Below are positions 1 to 8,900 of a DNA stretch of 64,000 nucleotides, piece after piece. Positions within the stretch are counted from its first letter, which is position 1. Every line of letters begins with the position of its first letter. The notes under the pieces were generated by a model, which was not told the DNA's origin, did not search any database, and was given only the letters and a program-made list of their open reading frames with translations. The DNA comes from a virus. A program made the position numbers and the translations under genes. Location of the stretch: positions 1-64,000 of the IMG/VR virus record IMGVR_UViG_3300035188_000399; one strand, 5' to 3'.

Positions 1-109
1 TAATTCCCGCTCCCGGATGCACATAATTAAAGTATTTAATACCACCAATATCTTGACGCTCTCTTACCCAGAACGAATTTAATTTATTTATTGCTTTAAG
101 TTTTTTCAT
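1..109 (-). CDS. Hypothetical protein, truncated by window edge (MKKLKAINKLNSFW...)
   Basis: ATG at 109 with upstream AAGAGGA RBS; frame open to position 1. Confidence 0.55.
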   Translation of the reverse strand, partial: MKKLKAINKLNSFWVRERQDIGGIKYFNYVHPGAGI

Positions 110-133
110 TGTAAATTTCCTCTTGGATTAATT

Positions 134-190
134 AAACTGTTTCGGCATTATTGCCATCATCAGTACAAGTACAGCACTTGTAGACAGTCT
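134..190 (-). ncRNA. Type III hammerhead ribozyme
   Basis: Minus strand reads AGACUG-UC^UACAAGU-GCUGU-ACUUGUA-CUGAUGA-U-GGCA-AUAA-UGCC-GAAA-CAGUUU. It has the intact CUGAUGA/GAAA core, a GUC cleavage triplet and three paired stems. Confidence 0.88.
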
Positions 191-199
191 GAGCAGTTT

Positions 200-220
200 A
201 AAGACCTACTCAGGTCTTTT
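200..220. terminator. Hairpin, possible intrinsic terminator
   Basis: AAAGACCT-ACTC-AGGTCTTT directly after the stop of 222..521. Confidence 0.5.
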
Positions 221-221
221 A

Positions 222-521
222 TTAGGACGCCTCCAGCCGCGCCATGAACGCGTCAAGGTTTCCATAGAAATGGAAATTATTAGTAGAAAATACAAATAAT
301 CCTTCATTTGTAGTTAAATCATATCCATTTGTTTCTTTAAACAAATAAGATGACTCTTCTCTATCAGAAGTAGTAATGACTCCAAAACGAGTTCCTTCTG
401 GTGGCACTACTACTAAAATGTTAGCGCTTCCTCTTCTGCCTTCAAACACAGCACCTGTCGAAGAAGAGTAATCAACTAGGTTTAATTTTACTTCTAATCC
501 TGCAATAAATATGCAAATCAT
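222..521 (-). CDS. Hypothetical protein (early-type)
   Basis: 99-aa ORF with AAGAGGA RBS. Confidence 0.7.
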   Translation of the reverse strand: MICIFIAGLEVKLNLVDYSSSTGAVFEGRRGSANILVVVPPEGTRFGVITTSDREESSYLFKETNGYDLTTNEGLFVFSTNNFHFYGNLDAFMARLEAS

Positions 522-569
522 TTTATTTTCCTCTTGGAATGTTAATTAATTGAGGTACCTTATTGTACT

Positions 570-595
570 TCATATAAGATACCCCTTTTTCCGCA
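570..595 (-). promoter_or_regulatory. Conserved motif class II, TGCGG-N7-GGTATCTTATATGA (putative phage promoter), copy 1
   Basis: Identical 14-mer and 5-mer with an exact 7-nt spacer also at 1321-1346 and 54029-54054. Confidence 0.7.
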
Positions 596-625
596 AATAA
601 AAGGGATGCTCCGAAGAACATCCCT
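595..625 (-). terminator. Rho-independent terminator
   Basis: AGGGATG/CATCCCT stem with CUUCGG loop followed by a U-tract on the minus strand. Confidence 0.75.
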
Positions 626-629
626 GTTG

Positions 630-917
630 TTAAAGTACCAGTAATCCTGACTGGAATAAATGCCCTTCACATAGGACACTGAGCTTATAATCTTCCTCGT
701 TGATTAAATCGAGGATTAAAGCAAGGCTTTCAATCTTATCGCCACTCCACTCAACGCTGTTCCAACTGTATTGGACGTTCGCACCAATCTTAATTCGTGC
801 ATCTGCTCCTTCTAGCAGTGAAGAGTAGTTAAAATACTCTTCAGCGTCAACGGTGTCAAAATCCCAAGGGATTTGCGAATGTATAGAACTATCTAAAGTT
901 CTATTGATAATAAACAT
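630..917 (-). CDS. Hypothetical protein
   Basis: ORF; ATG at 917 overlaps the upstream stop. Confidence 0.65.
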   Translation of the reverse strand: MFIINRTLDSSIHSQIPWDFDTVDAEEYFNYSSLLEGADARIKIGANVQYSWNSVEWSGDKIESLALILDLINEEDYKLSVLCEGHLFQSGLLVL

Positions 918-1135
918 TACAGTCGAGTGCATTTTCTTCTCCGAATAGCGATTGAGGCACGTCTAACGTGTCTTGGTTTACCTTTCATTTCTTTTTCAAA
1001 TTCTTCATCTGACAGATTTTTAATGTATAGTTCTGAATCAGCATAGCCTGACTTATTAATCATAAGAGAAGAAATGCGATAGTCTAACCAGCCAAGATAA
1101 GCTTGCTTGTTACCAGCTCCGCCTCTAATACTCAT
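917..1135 (-). CDS. Hypothetical basic protein
   Basis: 72-aa ORF with AAGGAG RBS. Confidence 0.65.
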   Translation of the reverse strand: MSIRGGAGNKQAYLGWLDYRISSLMINKSGYADSELYIKNLSDEEFEKEMKGKPRHVRRASIAIRRRKCTRL

Positions 1136-1284
1136 TTCTTAGGCTCCTTTTTCAAAGCTGCTTCTAGAAAGAAGCTAAACGGAATTGCAGGTTTCTCACT
1201 GCTGATCCTATTTCTATTCCATCCATTCTTATAATGTTTATGGGCATTAAGATCAGTTTCTGCTGCTTTGATTACCTTTCTCAT
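1132..1284 (-). CDS. Small hypothetical protein (50 aa, MRKVIKAAETD...), not in ORF track
   Basis: AAGGAG RBS; ATGA overlap with the next gene. Confidence 0.6.
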   Translation of the reverse strand: MRKVIKAAETDLNAHKHYKNGWNRNRISSEKPAIPFSFFLEAALKKEPKK

Positions 1285-1320
1285 AGTGTTCTCCTTAGTT
1301 ATAATAATCGATATTGATTA

Positions 1321-1346
1321 TCATATAAGATACCATTATTTCCGCA
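1321..1346 (-). promoter_or_regulatory. Conserved motif class II, copy 2
   Basis: Plus strand TCATATAAGATACC-ATTATTT-CCGCA. Confidence 0.7.
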
Positions 1347-1428
1347 TATTCCCTTTAAGATTTTGATACTAAAGAATAACAGATAATGGACTACGTCCTA
1401 GGGGTTAATTGAGGGGGGGAACGTCTGA

Positions 1429-1445
1429 AGGGTTAATTCAACGGG
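1429..1445 (-). promoter_or_regulatory. Conserved motif class I variant (AGGGTTAATTCAACGGG)
   Basis: One mismatch to the core shared by five exact copies elsewhere. Confidence 0.6.
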
Positions 1446-1647
1446 TTCAGTGTCAAAATTTTCGCACGCACTGGCTCAGAGCCGCCCGTTCTGGCACCAG
1501 AAACTAGGGTACACGGCACGCGGCTGGCACGCTGATCCCTCAGTGATGCCCCGACACGCACGCGCCACACACGCCCAGATTTCACGCCCACCAAAATTCG
1601 TGCAGAAACTGCCCCTCTTGTCGCGGAAAATTTTGGCATCACCATCA

Positions 1648-2103
1648 TCAGGGATGCTCGTCCAAATGCCATGTAGCTACGTATCCGATCCTACTCCAGC
1701 CCTGTTTTTCGAGAATCCGTGTGAAAACGTTTTTCTCGTCTACATTGCTTCCGTTTGAAATAATACAGTTAATCTCTCTACGCTTTGCTTCTTCAATTAA
1801 TTCTTCATGAAGGAGTATTACAGCTTTGACAGCTTGAGTACCTGTTAAATCAGAAGCAAAGAAACATTGTTGTAGTACAGGATCTTTAATACACTCATTC
1901 TTTCTTATGTCAGCCAACAGCCATGCTCTTATTACACCATCTACTTCAGCAACTCTGAGGAAACCTCTAACACCAATTATTTGACGCATTGATCTTACAG
2001 ATGTATCATAATCTGCTCTTATTAATTCTGGTTGTGAAAACTTCATATAGATTTTAACACAATCATGTAATTCATCTTTATTTTTAATTTTTCGTATAAT
2101 CAT
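1648..2103 (-). CDS. Putative GNAT-fold acyltransferase-like protein
   Basis: MIIRK start, LRVAEVDGVIRAWL strand pair, ILEKQGW C-terminal motif. Confidence 0.5.
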   Translation of the reverse strand: MIIRKIKNKDELHDCVKIYMKFSQPELIRADYDTSVRSMRQIIGVRGFLRVAEVDGVIRAWLLADIRKNECIKDPVLQQCFFASDLTGTQAVKAVILLHEELIEEAKRREINCIISNGSNVDEKNVFTRILEKQGWSRIGYVATWHLDEHP

Positions 2104-2107
2104 ATAT

Positions 2108-2134
2108 AAAAAGGCCCCAACCGAAGTCAGGGCC
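2108..2134 (-). terminator. Rho-independent terminator after phoH
   Basis: GGCCC/GGGCC stem, CUUCGG loop, U-tract. Confidence 0.65.
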
Positions 2135-2143
2135 ATTCTCCTA

Positions 2144-2812
2144 TTATAAATAAGCTTTTACAATTTCTTTACAGATACCACTACGTACAATATCTTCGAC
2201 ATCAAACGTAACAATACCCACTTTATTAACACCATGCAATCTAGAAATAGCGTCAGCTAATCCAGACGCACCCTTAATATCTTTCTGTTGAATATCACCA
2301 TCGATAACTACTTTGGTGTTTTCTCCAATACGCGTTAAGAACATTTTCATTTGAGCAGGAGTACAATTTTGAGCTTCATCTAATAATATAAATGTATTTT
2401 CAAATGTACTACCTCTGATAAATGCCAATGGCCTTGCTTCAATTACTTTACGTTTAAATAAGTAATCTGTAAACGAATGACCTAGTCTTTTATTCAATAT
2501 ATCTTTTATTGGATCAATGTAGGGAGCATATTTTTCCTCTAACTCCCCAGGTAAGAATCCAAATGATTCACCAGCTTCTACTGCGGGTCTAGTCACAATT
2601 ATCTTTGATATTCGCTTGTTCTGAAGTAATTGTGCAGCATATGATAATGCTACATATGATTTACCTGTACCAGCAACTCCAACACCAAATGTGATTATAT
2701 TTGATTTAATAGAGTTGTAATATCGTTTTTGTGCATCAGTTAAAAGAGCTAACTCTTTTTCGCCAGTAGGTTCAATAATGTTTTCTTGAGTACGTCTAGG
2801 TTTTTTCGCCAT
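2144..2812 (-). CDS. phoH: PhoH-family ATPase
   Basis: GVAGTGKS Walker A, TRPAVEAGE, GFLPG, RGSTF, DEAQN, GDIQQKD. Confidence 0.95.
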   Translation of the reverse strand: MAKKPRRTQENIIEPTGEKELALLTDAQKRYYNSIKSNIITFGVGVAGTGKSYVALSYAAQLLQNKRISKIIVTRPAVEAGESFGFLPGELEEKYAPYIDPIKDILNKRLGHSFTDYLFKRKVIEARPLAFIRGSTFENTFILLDEAQNCTPAQMKMFLTRIGENTKVVIDGDIQQKDIKGASGLADAISRLHGVNKVGIVTFDVEDIVRSGICKEIVKAYL

Positions 2813-2813
2813 A

Positions 2814-2996
2814 TTATTCAGGATCCTTTGAAGTTACATGTCCACCGCCTAATATAGCAACAGACAATGCTAATATACCGTCCATTTGTTCTGGTGATAG
2901 TTCGACTATTTTAAAAGCACTTAATGATGCTAAAGTAGAAGATATAATACCAAACCATGTAGATGGCTCTTTTAATCGTGCAAATAAATAACTCAT
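2814..2996 (-). CDS. Small two-TM membrane protein, holin-like
   Basis: RLKEPSTW followed by two hydrophobic segments, 60 aa. Confidence 0.55.
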   Translation of the reverse strand: MSYLFARLKEPSTWFGIISSTLASLSAFKIVELSPEQMDGILALSVAILGGGHVTSKDPE

Positions 2997-5900
2997 AGTT
3001 TTCCTTTCAAGTTGTCTACTTCAGCTTTTAATTCATTAATAGCATTCACTAATAACGGAATTATTGAAGTATAGTCTAATTGTAAATAGTTTTCTTCATC
3101 TTCAAATACAGCTTCTGGTAACACTTCTTTAACTTGTTGTGCGATTAAACCGACATCATTTTTAATTGCAGTTTCATGCCGTTTGCTTAAATCGTTCCAA
3201 GTAAATGTATAACCTGTTAATGTACTAATTTTATCTAATGCATTTGGAATAGGTACAAGGTTATCTTTTAATCTTTCATCTGATGAAGTAACGTAACTTG
3301 CTGCAGTCATACTGCTATTTGTCTTCATAGAGCCAGTAGCATTTACCGCGTAAGTTGCATCTGCTAATGTTACCTCGTTATACGCGTCCCACCCAGGAAA
3401 GGATCCTGGAGGCCTATCTCTATATGATAAATATCTAAATAAACCTGCTGATGTAGACGTAGATAATGTCACATCAGTTCGTGCCATAAACTGGCCAATT
3501 ATAGGATAGCGAATTCTATAATCAATATAAGCGCCACAATCAAATCCAGATTCTTCCATTGCAAGATATGCACGTTTCATCTTAGTGGCATCTTTTATAG
3601 ATGATAGAAATAATGCACCATAACCGGTATCAACTGTTCCTACAGAATTTGCACGCATACGCCCTATAGCACCAAATAATCGAGGATTATTATTTGCGTC
3701 TGAGTCTGTAGTCGTTGCTTGGAAACCTGTTGATGTATAATTAGCACCGCGTCCTGTCAAACTTCCAGGCATTTCAGCATTAAATGCGGTAGATGCCGAA
3801 TTAGCTTGTCCATAAGTTTGTGTATATCTTAAGTCGGCTCTGAAAATCTCTTCCGCAGATGTAGAACCATCATCACCCATTGTAGCTACTTGATTACCAC
3901 TTGCATCTAGGCATCTAAATTCGTGTTCATTGCTATCATTAATAGTAAGACGTCTACCTGTACTTGCAGATTTTAAATTTCCAGTTATTACAGTAATTGC
4001 ATCTAATGTACCTACTTTTAATAAACTAGGATATACTTCTGTCCACGTTATTGTTGTACCTCCTGCAACATAACTCCCATCACACTGAAATAAAATCTCT
4101 CCACTACCTAATGTAACATTTGCAGACGCTATTTTCCATCCTGTAGTGTATTCTGTTGTACTCGCTGCATAAGAAAGTCCTGTTGGTTTAGCAGGGTAAC
4201 TTGCCATTGTTCCAGCTTTATACACCACTAAAGAACCAGCACCATTAGGCCCTTGAACTGTTGAATCAGCACCTTTCGGTCCTGCAGGTACTATTGTAGT
4301 TGTATCCATATCAAGAAAATATGGATCTGTCCTGTATGGATGCCAATAGGCTTTTACCGCTACTGTACTGGCGCCTGATACCGTTACAGTTCGTGTAGTT
4401 GTTGCTGTAGCTTGGGCATCAGTCACTACTTCAGTTTCTACACCATCTATATAAACACGCCAATATGCAGAATATGCAGACTTACCACTATTGCCTACAG
4501 TCCTAAATGACGAAAATACAATAGTAGTTGGTGAATATGTTCCAGCTAAACTTTTTACTGTTGTAGGGGAGTTTGCAGAAACTTCATACAAAACAGCGTC
4601 TGTACCGTTGGCATAATCACCTTGTGGCCCCTGTAATTGTTTAGCTAATGAAAATACAGCATCAACGGTTAGATTTGTTGCAGTCTCAGTTGCAGTGATT
4701 TTAACACTACCTGTATTTGCAGCTATCGCAGTAACTGTTTGTGTTCTACTTGTAGTCGCTTCAGTACACGTCACATCAGTTTTAGTAACGCTAAATGTAC
4801 ATAAAGACGTAATCTCAGTACTACCTTTATATACACGCATTGTTGTAGTAGCAGTATTAAACGCCCCTGTTAACGGAGTACCTGCCGCATTACATGGAAT
4901 GCCTTGATACTGATTAGACAGGACTGCACTTAAGCCAGTATCACCTTTTTCACCCTTTATTAAAGCTGCAGTAGACCATGCACCATATGAACTAACGATA
5001 GTATTAGTAGCATCAAGTGTATTAACTTGAACACTCATCCAACGCGAATCAGATGCTCCTGTTAGTTTCCAATCAGTTGTATCAGCTGTAATATTTGTAG
5101 AAGGTAAAGCTGGTGCTGTAGCAGATGTTGAAGAACTAAATATATAGCGTATCTTACTACCTGGCCCTGTCTTTGAAATAGCTACAGGAGTAGTCCAATC
5201 GCCTTGGCCAACAGCATCGCTAGTAAATAACCTAGTTGTCATGTATAATTGAGACTCACCAGGAGGAATGCCATCACTCCATGTTACACCCGTAACAGCT
5301 ACAGCAGGACTGCCAACAGTAATTACGCCAGTTGCATTGGGTGCTGAAAAAGTACCATCTGTAGATGCTGGTGGGTTAGGAGCTGCAGTATGTCTACAAA
5401 AACTAATTCCTTTTACCTTGCCTTGACCTTTTTGACCATCTTTTGAAAGCACAACCGGAGTTGACCACTCGCTTGCAGCAATACTATCTGTAGTTTCTTT
5501 ACTATTTGCAATAGCTGTTGTAATATATAATGGATCATTTCCTGACGGAATAGTCTTTTGCCACCCGTTAGCCAATGCCTCGGTAGTTATAGAATTCGTT
5601 GTAAAATCATAAGTAACAATTCCAGGGTTGCTTGTTAAAACATCTACAGATCGTTGATAAGCAGGTACAATAGCGCTTCTAAAGCTTACAAAACCTGTCT
5701 CATATTTAACAGGTGTGGCCCATTCAGTTGCCAATATATCATCTATATCTGAAATCGAAATAACAGATGCCATTGTCATATATAATTGATCAGTACCTGT
5801 TGGAATGGATGTAGACCATCCATCTAAAGCACCTGCTAACGCTTTTGTAGAAAATGTGTATGATAATGTAGTAGAAGGCACACTAATAGTTGTAGCTGTA

Positions 5901-8900
5901 GATCTTTTATATAAAAATATAGAATCTGAATTTATACCCCCAGATTTAGATAATAGCTTATCACTCTCAGTTCCTACGCCATAATCATCATACACAGTAA
6001 CTGTATACCAATAGTTAGTATTAGCTTCTGTATTGAATACAGCATAATTAGAAGTAGACTCTATCTCCTCCCCAGCTACTATGGCACTAGCACTTGTGTA
6101 TTGCTTAAATACATATTTTATAATATCTTTATCTGAATCAATTTCAGATTGAACAATAGACGATGTAATGCCTTTTGTAATTGTCAAATCTAGACTACTT
6201 GGTTCGTTATTAGATAAGGTAGCACTTAAATAACCAGTAGTTGCATTGTTTGCAGCATCAATTCCGTAAATTTTAATTTTAAAAGATCTTGTCGCTGTCC
6301 CAAAAATTTCGACATTCATTTCCTTAGTTAGTTTAAAACTCGTTAAGGAAATTGTGTAAGATTTCTTTAAGTCATCTGCAAGACTCAAAATTTGTACTAA
6401 ATATTTAGAGGGTTTTACAGGCTGTACAGATAAATTCTCCCAACTGATTTCAACATCTTTTGTGTTAAAAGTTGTATCAGAACTCCCCGTAACCTTTAGC
6501 GATGTTGGCGGATATATTTGTACTTTAATAGGCTTTATTACAACCCCATGCTCATACGTTGCAACTAGCCGTTTATTTCTAAACGCGTTAACGTCATACG
6601 AGAAAAGCATACCATTATCATAATAAATATATAAGATGCCTTCTTGTGTCAAAGCTGTGTGTGAACCGGCAGCAACATCGCCCAGCTTTATACTATCTTT
6701 GTATACGCTAAATGCTGTCCATGATATAACATTACTAACATTAGAAATAGAAAATCCTGGATATGTGTAAACTGCATTATCGAACATTTCTGCTTCTACT
6801 GTGCTACTGTAAGCATAAGGCGAAAAGCCTGTACGTGTTTGCGTGCGCACAGCAAATATAGCGCTAGAAATATTTAATAGCGGTAAAACAAACTCTCCGA
6901 TTATTGTACGACCTATTTCATTAAACACTGGAGGAGAAATACTATCTATATCACTTCCTTCATAGATATAAATAACATAATTAATCAAATCAACTTCTTC
7001 AGCAGCAGACCATTTTAAAACACCTAAAGAATTTTCGTTATAAGCTTCTTTTATTAAATGTACATCTGTAGGAGCAGCAATAACTGTAGCGTACTTATTA
7101 ATTGGACGTAAATACTCATTTTCTTTATCCATCCATGCTAACTGAGACCAATGAAACCTTTGAGCATTAACTTCACATGTATTATCTTCTGAGATCTTTA
7201 CAGAATTTATTCTAAAATAATTATGCTTTTCACCTATAGGCACATTTGCTGATGTTGACATTATTCCTAATGTTTCACTATTTATAATGAAGTAATCACC
7301 AGGTTCAAAGTATTTTTCTCTTACTACGTATTTAAATTTTATTGTGTATGCAGTTCTACTTGTTTTAACTAACTCTTCAGCTTTTGCTAATGCATGATAA
7401 TAATCTGTAATACCTGCATAAGATGTTTCTAATTCTAACGCTATACCATTATCTTCTTCTTTCATTTGAAGATATGTTGTATTTGTGTAGTCTAACTGTT
7501 GAACACCTTGATATGCAATCTCACGCGTAGTCCATAATATTTCGGTACCAACAGATTGTTTAAGAGCTGCTGAAACTCCCTTTTCTTCTTTAGTATTACC
7601 TGCAGTTATTATGACTTTATAATAGTGATTAGGAATTATTGTGTATACATCGTCCCCACCTTCTGAAGCAATGGGGTCGAATTGAGTTCTAAAAGGCGGT
7701 AAATTAATATCTTTAACTTTTTGTACAAAAGTTCCTTCTTGAAAAGACGTAGTTATTGGCCCTACTATAATATTATTTGTCGCACCATCATAAATAGTTA
7801 TAACAGCTGCGTCATCAGCTGCAAATTCTAAGTCATAAAAATGAGATTTATTTTCATCTCCTGCTACAAAATTTCTTATAATATAATAAGTTAATGTGGT
7901 ATTATTAAGAGTGCCATTCCACACGCCATATTTATTTAATAATTTCCTTGCACCACCTTCATCTTTCCATGTAAAATCTGCAATAGGATATTTAATACCT
8001 CCATACCCTCTTAAAGTAGTATCATTGATTTTATGTGGCCAACTAACGGCATCATCTTTAAAATCATTTGATTCGTTGTGAAATTTAATTGTACAATAAT
8101 TATATCTATTACTAGCAGATGGATATGCAATTTCAATATCCTGGTCTAATACAATATCATCATCTGTTAAAGTATGAAGTTCAATATCTGCAGGGGGTAT
8201 GAGGTCATCGGTAGCATTATTTACATATTCAAGAAGTAAGCTATATTTTCCTCTTGCCCATATTAATCTAGCATCAGACATTGTTGCTAAAATTTCTTCT
8301 ACATTATCTCTAATTGCTTTATTTGTATCAATTAAAATATTACACTCATATAGAGGTACATTTCTTTTACCAATATTTCGGTCATCACCATTTCGAGATC
8401 CATCAATAGGTTTCCAAATATGCCCACCAGCTTCGGCATCCATTTTTACAGGAGTATTACAAATTTGAGCTGCATGATAAAAAGTTGTAAGATCTATTTC
8501 TTCATCTATGTCGATTCCAGCACCTGCAACACTATCTGTCAAATAATCCAATAAACAGTACGCAGGATTGTTAGTATACACTTTAGGTGTAGACAGTGCA
8601 TATTGATCCCCTGTTTTAATTATTTCACGTACCTTACGTCCTTCTACTAAAAACTGTAAATTAGGAACTTGACTGAATTGTGGATCATCTTTATCTAATC
8701 TGAATACGCACGAAGCATAAGTCATGCCTTTAAATATTGCATCTTTTCTATCTGAAAAATTAGCTGCAAATATTGAATCAGCTTTTTCGTAGCCACCGTC
8801 TACAAGCACATCTGGTTCAATTTCTCTTTGAGCAGAAGAGTGGTGTACATCAATTCTATACGCAGATCTAGGGTATTTTGGGTTATCCCATTTTTTAGTC

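Noticed and set aside
1433-1758. ORFs 1433..1672 (-) and 1450..1758 (+)
   Set aside because: They arise from stop-codon scarcity in the GC-rich island; composition is atypical and there is no RBS
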